NCBI RefSeq assembly: GCF_009914755.1
Contig: NC_060938.1
DNA length: 64,000 nt
From: the human T2T-CHM13v2.0 reference genome, Homo sapiens
Direction: 5' to 3' (one strand)
Shown: in pieces, positions 16,125-29,654 of the stretch
How positions within the stretch are numbered: the first letter of the stretch is position 1
How the letters are laid out: each line of letters begins with the position of its first letter
The notes under the pieces: generated by a model
Databases searched by the model: none
The model's input: only the letters and a program-made list of their open reading frames with translations
Told to the model about the DNA's origin: nothing
Translations under genes and position numbers: made by a program

Positions 16125-17400
16125 TTTACAATTTCTACATAGGGATGGCATCATAAGAATGAAGAAAATGTTTTTTTCTTTCCCTCCAATCTGTCTACAT
16201 TTTATTTATTTTCAATGGCTTATTGCGCTGCATAAGACTTCCAGTATAATGTTTTATAGGAAGGTTGGGAGAGAATATCATTGCCTTCTTACCATTGTAC
16301 ATTATGTTAGCTATAGGTTTTTGCAGACTTCCTCGAACAGGTTTATTCTTAGTTTGCTGAACATTTTTATCATGAATATATATTGAATAATGTGATATGT
16401 TTATTCTTTATCTTTTGAGATCACCTTTGTTCTTTTTAGTCTATTGATGTGCTGATTTACATTGATTTTAAAATACTGAAATATACTTGCATTCTAAAAT
16501 TCCCATTTGATTATTTTGAAGATAACAATTATCTGGTTAAATTATCCATATTTCATCTTTGTCTTCATGTTTATTCTGTATTCTTGAAAATTTTATTATA
16601 TTGTCCTTTGTAATTAAATCCAATTTCTGAAACATTTATGAATTCGCATGTCTTGTCTGTTACCTCCCTGAGATTTTAGGCATGCTGCCTGTGTTATAAC
16701 ATGTGAGGTAATTTTTTATTACATCTGAAATTCTGCTTAAATAATTTTATGCCAAGACAATCATCTTCCAGAGAAGTATTTGCCTTCCGATTTATTAAAT
16801 TTGTAGATTGTGGACTGCTTGCATTAATCTGTGCTTCGTCGTGGTTAGGTTGTTCTCTTGGTAAGGCTCAGTTTTCCTTTTGTTTTTACCTGCTTGTCCG
16901 GGTTTTCAACAGAGCCTGGAGTTTTCTTTAGGGCCTCCAGCCCCTGATGGATATGGAACTCTGCTTGTCTCTGGAGACTTGACAGCCTCACTTTTCTTTT
17001 CACCATCATTTTTCCTAGGATTTTACCCTTCCAACCTATATTGCCCCAGAATATGGCCAGTGCACCCATATGGCAACCATTCATATTCTTGAGCCCACCC
17101 TTCAAAGTCTCTGCCCAAAATTTGAACACGAGTAGCAGCCCTCAGTGGATAAATTCTCTGCTTTGTGCCCATATCCATGATCAGAAAATACCATCATGGC
17201 AAAACTGTCTTCATATGATTACAGCCTTTTAGAGGTTCTACTCTATCTGGAATGCTAGCCCATCTAGTTCTCATTGCATATCTACCTTTCTGCTGTCCTC
17301 AAACAGATTTTTCTTTATTATTCTCTGTAGATTTTTTTGGTGTGTGTGTGTGGTTGTGCTTAACAAGAGTATTGTTCTGTTATTAGTCATTACACATCAT
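15030..17400 (-). mobile_element. Old L1M fragments (ORF2 3' part, then more divergent L1/HAL1-like sequence after ~16550)
   Basis: TTTGATTGGGACTGCATTAAATCTATAG, GGAACACAGTATATCTCTCCATTTACTTAG, AAGACTTCCAGTATAATGTT. Confidence 0.7.
16088..16120. repeat. (TA)n microsatellite
   Basis: About 16 perfect TA units. Confidence 0.97.
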
Positions 17401-17459
17401 CCACAGACATTCCCTCCAATATTTTTTACAATGATATCAGATACTTTGTCTTGTTTAAT

Positions 17460-17540
17460 GCTTTCTTTAATTCCCAGATCTTAAAAAGTGTCTCACACAT
17501 AGTAGATTCTCACTGAGTATCTGCTAAGTGAATGAATGAC
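17460..17540 (+). mobile_element. L2 3' terminus
   Basis: AGTGTCTCACACATAGTAGATTCTCACTGAGTATCTGCTAAGTGAATGAATGA. Confidence 0.6.
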
Positions 17541-19486
17541 CAATATATTTCCAACTAAAAGCCGTCCATCAAAATATTAGTTGCCTTATTTCGAATGTGT
17601 CAGTTTAATGCTCAAAAACTATAGTTTGCCATTATTGTGTCCTAACAATTTGTTGGTCATTATAGGTTTAGTTTCTTGAAAATCTTGAATTTTTTCTGTA
17701 GTACTAAGAAGGTCTTCTGTCACTATCCTATCTTACCTTGTTGAAGATATTGAAAAAGAGAGAATACAAGAAGAGGGGACGCCTGCAATAATCATAGACA
17801 CACTTACTGAAAATGTTCTGTGTAATATACATTAAAAATGAGACTTCTACTTCCTCAAATATTTGACTTAGATATTGAATTAAAAGAAAGATTTTTCATG
17901 AAATAGTTACATATATATAGGCAGAAATGTCAGTGATGATGTTTGTGTAAATGTGAGAAGATAAAATCAGAATACCAGTGAATATACTCTCTCAAAATAA
18001 TGTATCATAATATATAAATAGTTCAGTTGTTTCTTGTTTCTATTAAAGTATCTTGATGTATTTTGCCTGCATAAATGACCTCAACAGAAAACAGAGAGAG
18101 AATTGCTTCCTGGAATACGTTTATTTGAAAACTATCAGTTAAATTGATTTCCTTGGAGGTCAGTGAAATCAAGAGTAGGAACCCACAAGAAATATTACTC
18201 GCCAAATGAGCAAAAAAGATCTTCTTGTGCAATGTTTACTTTCAGACCCTGACACAAATCTAAAGAATTTAAACTTCATTTCGAGCTTCTACGGTAAGCA
18301 CAGCATTTTTCAGTTGGTTATGTGACATTTTATTTGACTGAGAATGTAGCTAAAGAATTAATTATCATAACTGTCATACAGACAGTTACTTAGTGGGCAC
18401 AGTACTTATGTTACAATAAACCTGACACTAATACTTTAGTGTTAGAATTTGATCATTTTACGTATTCTGAGCTGTTGCAAGGTAAGTGCTTGTTTGTGTG
18501 TGTGTAATGTCTATTTTTTAATATAATTCTTTGCAAATGCCTGGAAGAGATCTCCAATCATTGCTTTTATTTTAATGTGTTTATTCTCACCTTACTATCA
18601 TCAGTGACATCACTGGCTTATTACTGCATTTATTAGAAAAAAACAACACAGGGCCTTTTTCTAGATTTGGAAACTCATAAAAATTCTTCTGAAATGTGCT
18701 CTCAAAGACTAGGCTGCAAGTTTTACATTACATTTCACAGCATGAGATAAGAGCTTTAATCTCTCAATCTGAACTATCCAAATGACCCTGGGCTGCTCAT
18801 TTTAGATTAAAGCACTAATGGTCCCATTGCCTGTTGCAGCAAAACTCCATTCTTCACTTGTGTGAAGCATCAGCCTTAAAGGGACCACAGTTATTATTTA
18901 AGGACATTTCAAAAGGAAAGCTGACACTACCAAATAAACACATTTAATGAAGTGAGATTACTGGTCACTAAGGCGCTAATGAACTGTAAGATTAGCTGCA
19001 GTGAACAAAATTTATCCCACGTCCCCTCCTGCCAATATCTAGGACTCCAGCTGGAGAGATAAGACACAGGATTCATCCAGTATTCAATCCTTCAGTGGAG
19101 AGAGGGTTCTTCCCATATAGCCCTGTGCTGACAAAATGGCAGCTGAATCCTAGATCAGAGTGAATATGAAGAGAGAGATGTTTAAAATTAATCATTAATC
19201 TCTTTTTTTGTCTCACATATATGAAGGGGGGAATTCCTCCTTATAGTCATTGAAATATGCAATTTATATATATTACTATAAACACTTAATTTTCTTAAAA
19301 GTTTTTGCCACCAGGCTTCTCCTTAAGAAATCAATAAACATTATTGATCTATATATAAGAAATACTGTAAGATTGCCTAAACCTGTGATGGGCAAACTAT
19401 CATGATGAAATTAAACAAACCAAAATATACCAGCAATTACTTGGATATTTTCAAATAAACAGCACAGACTACATCTTCTCTTCCAT

Positions 19487-19574
19487 GAAGAAGGAAGAAA
19501 GGAAGGAAGGGAAAAGAAAGGAAGAGGGAGACAGCGGGAGGAAGAAGAGTGGGAGGGAGGCAGGGAGGAAGAAA
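19487..19574. repeat. GA-rich (GGAA-like) polypurine tract
   Basis: GAAGAAGGAAGAAAGGAAGGAAGGG...GGGAGGAAGAAAA. Confidence 0.85.
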
Positions 19575-20893
19575 ATCACAGAAGAAGGGTTTTAAGTGAT
19601 GTACTAATCAAAGGTGTAGGCATGGTCTATTGATCAGTTTAGCAGTTTAAGTGGCAGTTATGCTTATATTTGAAAAAATATATACTTTGTAGTCTGTTAA
19701 CTTTGGTTGCCTAAAGAATTGCTGCATAATCAATTCAGCTACAGCAGTCAGTATTGATCAGAAAACAGACAGATTGGCTGTACAGGGGCCCAGTACATTT
19801 GCTCACCTACTGTGATAAGCAGGGCCTAGTTAAAACTGAAAGAACTGTAGAAAGTTTCAATTCATTAAAATAAAACAAACAAGGAAAATAGTCCCATAGT
19901 TTTTATTTGACAAATCAGTTGCTAATGTAACTTTATGATGTTGCCTGTTCTAAATTTATATTATCCTAATGCTCACCTGGTAAATGTATTTATGAAGTGA
20001 TGCAAGTTACTCGACAATATTATGAAAGTGTTGCATGGGCATTTCCTTTCTTCCCCTTAACCTTCCTTCATGCCTGCTCCACTGGGGCTGTTCTACAGAA
20101 GCATCACCATAAGGCTGCTTAAAATCATAACTTCAGTACATTCTGGTTAAGGAGGTAGAGAGAGAACAAGCGAACAAGCTCAACATATTTTTCCAGTGGG
20201 ATCAGATCGGCTTTGCAAGATTTCAACGGTTCAGTTATTTTCAGCCTCCTGGAGGAAATTCAATGTCAAATGCACTTTTTTTTTGTTTGTTTGTTTGTTC
20301 AGTGTGCTCACTTCCCACCCTTTGTTCTGCAAGCCTCTTGTCTTTATACTTTCTGCATCTGCTTTTATTACATTTCTAACTGGTCATGAATCCCTGCTTC
20401 TTGTGTAAAGAAAACAAACTTACCTCTGTGAATCATTCCTACATTATATCCAGAAACAAATGCCAAGTTGGAATTAAAGAACAGGTAAAATGTGCAGTAA
20501 GACAGAACCGCAACTTGTGCCTCGTATCAAGGAACGCTTGTGCTTTTTCTCAACAACATAAGCAATAATAGCAATTCTTTGCCTTTTTTCACTTAGCTTT
20601 TTCTTATACTACATGTATTTTATAAACAACCTCAGACCACAGATTCTTTCTAGAATAAAACTATGTAAATAAAGTTCAGATAATTGTTAAATTTACAAAG
20701 AACTTTATATTTAATCCTTGCCAAATGTCCCCACTTAAAAACAGAGTTAGTGAAAGTCAAAGATACTACATAACTCACCAATATCATATTTGGAAACATA
20801 AAAGCTTAAAAGCTAAAGTCTTTTAGAAACTGAAGTCTTCATAATTGCCATAGTTCAACTATTTCAGTCTTCATGAACAAGCCCACCGTTTTT

Positions 20894-21202
20894 CTATTTA
20901 TTTATTTATTTATATTTTATTTGAGACAAGGCCTCACTCTGTCTCCTAGGCTGGAGTGCAGTGGCACATTCGCGGCTCACTGCAGCCTGAACCTCCCCGT
21001 GGTCAAGCAATCCTCTTGCCTCAACCTCCCAAGTAGCACGGACTACAGGTGCACACCACCACACACTCAGCTAATTTTAAAATTTCTTATAGAGATTTCG
21101 CCATGTTGCCTAGGCTGGTCTTGAACTTTAGGACTCAAGTGATCTATCTGCCTCGGCCTCCCGAAGTGCTAGGATTACAGGTGGGAACCACCGTACTTGA
21201 CC
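20894..21202 (-). mobile_element. AluJ
   Basis: J-type features (GCAGCCTGAACCTCC, GTCAAGCAATCCTC, GGACTCAAGTGATC); TSD CACC(G/A)TTTTT at 20884-20893 and 21203-21212. Confidence 0.92.
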
Positions 21203-21479
21203 CACCATTTTTAGTATGGCACTTAAGGCTTTCCATAGTCTAGTCCATGCCTTCACCACTGACTCTATTTTTCATAATCCTTCATATTTCTGCCATGTTT
21301 TCTTGGAACAACAAATTGCCCTTTAGTTCTCTGATGTCTTTTCTTTGATATTCTATTCTTTGATTGTCTCTCACAGGCAATTACTTTGGCTATCTTGTCC
21401 TTTCTAATTCAATTCCTCCCTCTGCCTGGACAACTATTTTTTTCTTTTACTGATTACGAGTATGCAACAGGAGTGCCTA

Positions 21480-21640
21480 GTCTAGGTAAAAATCTCGTTC
21501 TACTACTTCTGGCTGGGAAACCTTGGATAAGTTCCTTCAGCTTTTTGTGCCTCAATATGCTCATTCACAATCTGCGAATGCTAAAACTACTTTCCTCATA
21601 GGATTGCTTGCAGATTAAAAGTGGTAATCCATGTACAATT
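21480..21640 (+). mobile_element. MIR fragment
   Basis: ACCTTGGATAAGTTCCTTCAGCTTTTTGTGCCTCAATATGCTCAT ... CCTCATAGGATTGCTTGCAGATTAAA. Confidence 0.7.
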
Positions 21641-21769
21641 TGTAATCCACGTAAAACATGTAAGAACCAGAGACGAGAGACTGCCTAATTCATTTTGTAT
21701 TTCACACATCTCTGTATGATAAACTACTAGATCCTGATATATCTTTTTGCTCCTTTGTGGCATTCATAA

Positions 21770-22090
21770 CTATTTCCTCTTCTCAATTTCCTCTGCCAGT
21801 TATATAATCCAGGCCCTTGTCACTAAGTCTTTGGATTTCTGTGATTTTATCCTAAGTGCTCCACCTGCCACATTTAAGATATTCTCCACACCATTGCAGT
21901 TTAGTCTTCCTAAATTGCAAATCTATCAGCTCACTCACTTGCTTGACACTCTTCAACAGCACCCTGCTGCTTTCAGCTTACATAAGGCTCTACGTGCTTA
22001 AACCTCTGCTTCACCCTCTAATGACATCTCCCTAAGTGTACCTGTATCTCATAACTTACAGAGAATGCTAAACAATAGTGAGTGAATGGA
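21770..22090 (+). mobile_element. L2 fragment
   Basis: TCCAGGCCCTTGTCAC ... TTCCTAAATTGCAAATCT ... CTCACTTGCTTGACACTCTTCAACAGC. Confidence 0.55.
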
Positions 22091-22444
22091 TTCAAAGATG
22101 TTCTGTTGTACATTGGGTCATAGTATAAGCGTATCCACTGGACACAATATAATGACGTCCTTCTAGATCTGTTGTCTGTGAAAAAGGACCCAATCTGTTT
22201 TAGGCAGGGTTGGAGCAGGAAATATGTTGGCTGCAGGATAATCAAATGCTTTTATTATCCTTCAAGGGCTAGTGATACTAAGAATCATTGGAAGGGGAGG
22301 AAGAAGAGACTAAAAGCTATGCCCTTCCGCCTCACACACTTTCCTTTGGTTTGTTTGTTGACACACTGTCTTGGGTATTACAGACCTCTGTGGCATTCTT
22401 TTTTGTTTTTTTGTTTTTTTTTAAAGCCCTTGATATTTCTTCTA

Positions 22445-23060
22445 CTTAAAAAAAATTGAGTATAAATACATGCAAAAGGTGCAAAAAATGCACTTAAATT
22501 TGTGTTTTTAACGTTTGTCTACATTCATGTAAATGTCATCCAGATTAAGATAAACATTTTAAGAACCCAAAAATATTTATTGGTGCTTCTCTTTCCCAGT
22601 AAATACCCGGCCACACTCCAGAGCTGACCTGACTATTCAGATTTCTTCCACATTAATCAACTTGGACTCTTTCTAACTTCATAGAAATATAATTATATGG
22701 ATATTAATATTATATCAGTAAAATTATATGTGTATTAGTAAAGACTACATATTAATATAGACATAATATGTAGTTTTTATATATAACTTTACTCTTGCCT
22801 CAAAACATCAAAATTGTGTCCAAGACGCTTTGTGTGTCAGTACTTTGTTCCTTTTCATTCCTGTGTAGTATCCCAGTATCCCAATGTATACAAATGCCAC
22901 AGTTTTTTTCCATCCTCTTGTTGATGGATAATTGGGGTGTTCCTTGTCTGAGGCTATAATGAATAAACATTCTAGTATGTATTTTTGTAGGATATATTTA
23001 TTAATTTCTCTTCCATATATATTTACTTAAAAGTGAAATTGTTTAAACATAGGATCTTGT
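22445..23060 (-). mobile_element. Old L1M 3' end
   Basis: TCCATCCTCTTGTTGATGGATAATTGGGGTGTT, GGCTATAATGAATAAA, antisense L1 3' UTR pattern. Confidence 0.7.
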
Positions 23061-24562
23061 GGCCTTTTTGCCTACTTCTTGTTTTTCTTTCTTCCTACTT
23101 CTTTTAAACATTGAATAACACTTCCTGACTCTTGTGTCCATATTACCAAATTATATTATTCAATTGTTCTTCTTTTACACCGTCTTCATTTATCTTTAAC
23201 TGGATACCTAATCTTGAACAAGTAAGAAATCTAACAATACAAAGAGTGATATATTTTTCCTTAGTTTAAAAATTAGATGGATTTTGAGGTTCTCCTTCTA
23301 CTTTTTAAGTATATTCTGAAGTATTACAAATCATTGATATATGCCACTAAAAATTCAACCCTTGTTTGGAAATTTTTTTTATTTTGGAATTTTATTTGTA
23401 TATTCTCATCACTTAACTTTTGACCCCTTACTGAAGTGCTTGTCTATGACTGTGCCTTAAGTTCTTTTAGGTTGATTAGCTTGACTTAACAGGTGAATGT
23501 TCCTTACATACATTGTATGCATTGCTATCTTCCAAAATGTTCTTTTTCCTTTACTTTTTCTTAGTGCTTGGGGGATTGGTAGCTCCAAAATTAACACTTG
23601 CAATTGTATCCTTAAAAAAAAATCTCTTAGAATTCTAGCTTCAGTCTGTTGAGCCTAATACCAAATGGCTTAGGCAGACTATTCAGTCTTCTCAGTGACC
23701 TTAACCTTTTTCCTGGTTCCAAAATAACAGGATTTATGTCTTTGTGATTCTTTGATTCGCTGTAGAAACTGCTTTAATGATTGCTGCAATAAAGTCTCAT
23801 GTTTCACTTTAGCTGTAACATTTTTGGAAGGAAAACATGAGAACTGAAGAATGCTTCAGCAGAATTTCAAATAAAAGAGAAAAATAGGGCTTTTAGTGTT
23901 AAGATGCTAGATAATAGTGTTTCTTTGTTCTTTCTTGGAAATACCAGTGATAAATATCAGACAGAATGAAGCATATGATAAACAAGAACAAAATCTAAAG
24001 CAGGAAAGTAATCTTGATCCTGCTAATAGTGGCAATAAAATCCCAGTCACACTTACATGTAAAATGGGAACTCCTTACTAAAATATATAGAATATTAGAA
24101 ATCATTCCAATTTTATGCTTATTTAGATGTGACGAGACATTTCACACAGAATCAGAGATGATCTCGTACAAATAATTAATTTTCTCTGTTTTACCCAGGA
24201 CAGAATCAGACCACTCTCTCCTGGTTATCAATCAAAAATTTCCAATTTCTAGAGGGTCAAACTAGTAAGTTGGGCAAATATTTACAATGCCAAGTTTCTC
24301 AAAAGAGCTTCTACGTGTCCTGCCCATTTTCATTGTCTGCCTTCAATTCATTATAACTTCATTGATAAGAAGTGAGACCCTTTGTGGCCTTTGAGAGAAT
24401 TCTGAAGGTTTAGGTAACCGAGAGGCTACAGGGTGCTTTTGTGGCAGTGAAGCTTAGAGTTTAACACAGACATCACAACTTTCTACCTTAGCAAGGTACT
24501 TACAGCACAAATACAATCAGAGGTATAATGAATAAGTAGAATATAGTAGAATATCATCATTC

Positions 24563-24818
24563 CTGTATAGTATATACAGGAGTACATACTGTATACAGTA
24601 TATACAGGAGTATATACAGTATATACAGGAGTGTATACCATATATACAGGAGTATATACAGTATACACAGGAGTATATACAGGGGTATATACTGTATACA
24701 GTATACACAGGGGTATATACTGTATACAGTATACACAGGGGTATATACAGGGGTATATACTGTATACAGTATACACGGGTATATACAGGGGTATATACTG
24801 TATACAGTATATACTCCT
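24563..24818. repeat. Irregular minisatellite built from GTATATACAG/AGGAG/AGGGG and ACTGTATACAGT modules
   Basis: Directly visible tandem units of 12-28 bp, including self-complementary TACTGTATACAGTA. Confidence 0.93.
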
Positions 24819-24834
24819 TTTGAAGACAGTTGGC

Positions 24835-25035
24835 CTGGAAGTTAGACAGAATGATAATCCTCTTCTGAGTCTACCCTAATGGTTATGTGACCTTGGTTAG
24901 ATCAGATATATTCCATGATCCTTGCTTTCCCATATCCATGAGACAGAAATAATTATGTCTTCATCTTACAAAATTGTAATGATAATTAAATTAATAATGA
25001 ATATGGAAAACCTGGCATCATAATATGCATCCTAA
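24835..25035 (+). mobile_element. MIR
   Basis: GGTTATGTGACCTTGG ... TCTTACAAAATTGTAATGATAATTAAATTAATAATG ... CCTGGCA. Confidence 0.65.
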
Positions 25036-25127
25036 TTTAGCTCCCTTACAAAAGTGCTTCTTTATTTTGATTTGATTTTGTATCTTTATAAATGCTGGTA
25101 GATGCAGAGAACACAATGGAACTTTGG

Positions 25128-25335
25128 AGGGCAGTATGCTGTAGATAAAAGAGGATAAAATAGAGATTGGAGTCACACACACTCAGCTTGCTGTGGCAGC
25201 TCCACCACTGACTTTCGAAAGTTGATTAACCCTTGAGAAGCTTCATTTTTTCAACTATGAAATAGAGATAATAATTACCTAACTGGGTGGTTTGAGGATC
25301 AATCATAGGGGATGATACACAGGAATGTGTCTGGA
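25128..25335 (+). mobile_element. MIR
   Basis: AGGGCAGTATG...TTGGAGTCACAC...GCTCCACCACT...CTATGAAATAGAGATAATAATTACCT. Confidence 0.6.
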
Positions 25336-25715
25336 ATGATGCACTTTGCAATAGCTTAAAAACAGTAAATATATTTTGTAATAGAATTTCTTTTTCAAAA
25401 ATATGACCCTGTATATATCATATTTTCCCATCACTCTTAGGATGGTATTAAACTCTTCTCACTGGACTTGCCCTGCTTACCTCTTAGATCTCACCCTCGA
25501 CTCTCTTCTGCGTTTACTCTTCTTCAACCATCCTGGTCTTCAAATAAGCCATGCTCATTTTCAACTTAGGACTTCTCCTCCTATCTTCAAGGCTCATGCC
25601 CTCACTTCTTGCATACCTTTCCCCAAATATCTACTCCATCCTCCTTAAAATCCTACTCCATCACTTCCTCAAAGTATTCTCTAATACTTTACTATGTCAT
25701 ATGCGTTTTATATAC

Positions 25716-26381
<666 letters not shown>

Positions 26382-27499
26382 TACACATATTGAAATTTGA
26401 AATTATAACATGTGTCTATTTGTTTTCTTATTTATTATGCATCTCCCTTAGAGAAGGGAAGATTCCTGTTCTGTTTTATTCCTCCGAATTCCTAGCTGTA
26501 GAATAGTGTTTGATGTAGTAGTCATTCAATATACATGTGTAGCATGCACAAATTCATTGATCCATCAAATTATACTTAATATTTAAGTATACTAGAATTC
26601 TTTTCATTCTAGCCATTATGCCCATATTCTAACCCCAACACACACAAAGAAATATTATATGCAAAACATACCATTTATTACCGTACTCATCTTACAAGGC
26701 AGACATCTTTAATGTTCACATCAGAGTTATAAAGAGCCCCAGTTATATTTCTTCTGTATTCACAGTAGTGTTAAAGGTAGACTGAAAAAAAAATAATTGT
26801 GCTAGCAAATACATTTTGACAACATGAATGCACTTTATGCAAATACCACGTCTTCCTTAAAATGGATAATATTGTTGAATCACATTACTACCTCCTAATG
26901 GTATCTACAAATTGCCGTAGTAATTTTCAGTTTTTAAAAAGTAGGAAGTAGTTCCTTCCTTTTTTTTTTTCATTTTAAAAATGGTGCCTTCTTTACTTTT
27001 TAGTTTCTTCTACTACAATCAGAAAATTGTGTGTGGTATTGAAATTTCTCAAGGTAAATGACTTTTGTCCTAATCAAATGTCTCAACTTTTTTTTGTTAC
27101 CACTTAATTACCCACAAAAGTAGTTTATTGCCTTCTCTGCTGCTGTGCCATAACTGCCAAACTTTAATTAGCTTGGCAATTCCTTTCATTTGAGGCCAAG
27201 ATTTCTTCAGAATTCTTTTCATATACTCCAGTGAGTGAGTGAATACTATCCCATTCTATCTGGACAACTGGCAGTTAAAGAAAATAATCAAACAACTTTC
27301 TGAAACAAGGATAAAGCAAGGACAGCAAGAATGCAGTCAAGTATGAGTTAAAGATTCATGAATACAGTATTTTGGTAGATTCTTGATGTGCATATTAAGG
27401 AACATAGTATACATGTGGGTCTTTCAGGAAATCTATGGAAGTGCATCACATCCATATAAGAGTATACTTGAGAATGCCCACGTGAAGATTTGTTTGTGG

Positions 27500-27890
27500 A
27501 CATCAATAAACACTTACTGAGTATCTACCATATGTACTCTTCCAGATTCTTCATTGATGTTCATACTGAATTCCTCACAAAAATTGATACATTATTGTCC
27601 CCATGTTATACAAAAAGAAAACAGGCTCAAACAAGAAAATAGGTCTTAATTGTAGATCATAGATCTGATCTTACCACCCTCTGGAATATAAGATATAAAC
27701 CTGCTTTAGAGGAACTTAAAATCAAAGAGGGAAAACAGGGTAAACACAGCAATATTTGTTTAATAAGGTATAACAATAGAAGCTTCAAGGCACTCACTAT
27801 AGGTCAATTTCTGTGGATAAGAAAACCTGGGATGATTTTATAAAGGAAGTAAAACTCATACCAGGCCTTGAAGGATGAGTTAAATTTACT
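27500..27890 (-). mobile_element. MIR and L2 fragments
   Basis: CACTTACTGAGTATCTACCATATG, ATTATTGTCCCCATGTTATACA...GAAAACAGGCTCA; AGGCCTTGAAGGATGAGT (antisense L2). Confidence 0.55.
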
Positions 27891-27902
27891 TGATGATGCC
27901 CC

Positions 27903-28141
27903 ATAACATCTAAATGCTTACTCTGTGCCAGGCACTATTCTGTTTATATTTTATTGATTTGTCAATGTAATCCTTAGAACAACCACCATATAAAGTACAT
28001 CCTATAATGTTCCTCATTTTACAGTAGAGAAAATTAGGTATCATCATGGTAAATAACTCACCCAAGACTAAGCTTTACTGAGTGCCAGAGCAAGGATTTG
28101 AGACCAGTTAGTTTCCAAGAATCTGCGCTTTCAGACACTAT
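27903..28141 (-). mobile_element. MIR
   Basis: TGCTTACTCTGTGCCAGGCACTATTCT...CTCATTTTACAGTAGAGAAAATTAGG...AGAGCAAGGATTTGAGACCAG. Confidence 0.85.
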
Positions 28142-28194
28142 TTTTCTCTCATAGGTGAAGAGAAAAGCAATCTAAAATGTTATCTATTTATTGG

Positions 28195-29438
28195 TTGTCT
28201 TCATTTCTTCTCCTCTCATTCACACTTAAACCAATTCCATGTATGGTTTTCGTACCCTAAAGTTCATTAAAACTGATCTTGTCAATGGCACCCATGGCCC
28301 CCACAAAGCTACAGGTGGTGATCACCAGTGCTCCTCCTCTTGACCCATAGGGAGTATTTGGTTCAATGGTTCACACTGTTCCCTTCATTTGATTTCTGGG
28401 GACCACAATCTTCTACTTGTTCTAGTACATAACTGGCTTTTTTTGGGGATTCCTTTGGCTAGTTATCTTTAAACTCTAAATATTGAGATGTTGTATGCTC
28501 AGTCTTGAGACCTCTTATTTTCTTTAGAAATACACAGTTCCTAGTGATTTTATCCAGTCTCAGATATATAAATAGTATTTATACAGTGAAGACACCTATG
28601 CTTTTGTCCAGACTTCTCTGGACAGAATCATCAGGCCTTCTCAGCATATTTTCTTGGCGTCTATTAGAAATCTCCCATTTAATATATCCACATGAACTCT
28701 TGAACTGCCTCCTAAAACCAGCTCTACTTGAAATCCTTCACATTTCAGTAAATGGTAATTCTACTCTCCAGTTAGTTATGCGAAAAAAAAACACACACAC
28801 ATACACACACATTAAAATAAAGTTGTATTATCCATGGCTGCTACCTTTCTCTTTCACCTGGCTTTTAATCCTTTGGCAAATCCTCTTTGCCTCCCTGCTC
28901 TTCTTTAAATTTGCCACTTGCACTGCACTCCCATTTAAGGGTTTTTATATTTGATTATTTATTTTGATTGGAAGTCCCTTTCGTCAAGAATTCACTTGAC
29001 TTTGACTTGCTCTCTCACCAATATTAGATCTTCCCTAATTGTCACATTTTAGGTCTTTGCTCTGTCACTCATCCGACAATATTTATAACAGAACATTCAC
29101 AGACCTCAGTATGAAATTCTGCTTCCCCCTTCTCTGCTTATGTCTTTCTCCATTAAACATTTCACACTCAGATTAGATTTATATTTTACGTAGTCATTTT
29201 CTGTCTGCCTCAAACCTCCTTAAAATGTAAACTCCACTGGAAAGGATACTTTTTAAAAAATTTTGTTTAGTGCAATCTCTAAGGCCTAGAACAATGCCTG
29301 TCACATAGAAGGCATTTACTAAATATGCCTAAGTAAGACATTTAGTAAATATCAATAAATCATTTCATAAACCAGTAAATTCATATCAATAAATAATATG
29401 AATGATATCAATAAATTCATATCAATAAATGAATGAAT
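28195..29438 (+). mobile_element. L2 (L2a-like), ORF2 remnant to 3' end
   Basis: AAACTGATCTTGTCAATGGCACC, TCAGTAAATGGTAATTCTACTCTCCAGTT, GCCTAGAACAATGCCTGTCACATAG and AATGAATGAAT tail. Confidence 0.8.
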
Positions 29439-29654
29439 AAGACAAAAGTTTAATATGAGAAAAAGCCTATGGACAGAAAATTTCAAGAATTAAGAAGATT
29501 TTGTAAATGCTTTTATTTGACAAAATAAAAGAAAACAATCCAAAATATTAGTGGAATAAAGCAGGGAACTTTTTTCTGAGTTTTATGGCTCTACACTTAC
29601 AGAAATGGTACAAAATGTGAACATTATTGATATAAATATCCCTTTTCATGGTTT

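Noticed and set aside
24563-24818. CRISPR-like array (also considered for 55873-55961)
   Set aside because: No unique spacers, no cas genes, and the context is primate DNA
28505-28954. Longest ORF (149 aa)
   Set aside because: Lies within a decayed L2 and crosses a CA tract; TTG start
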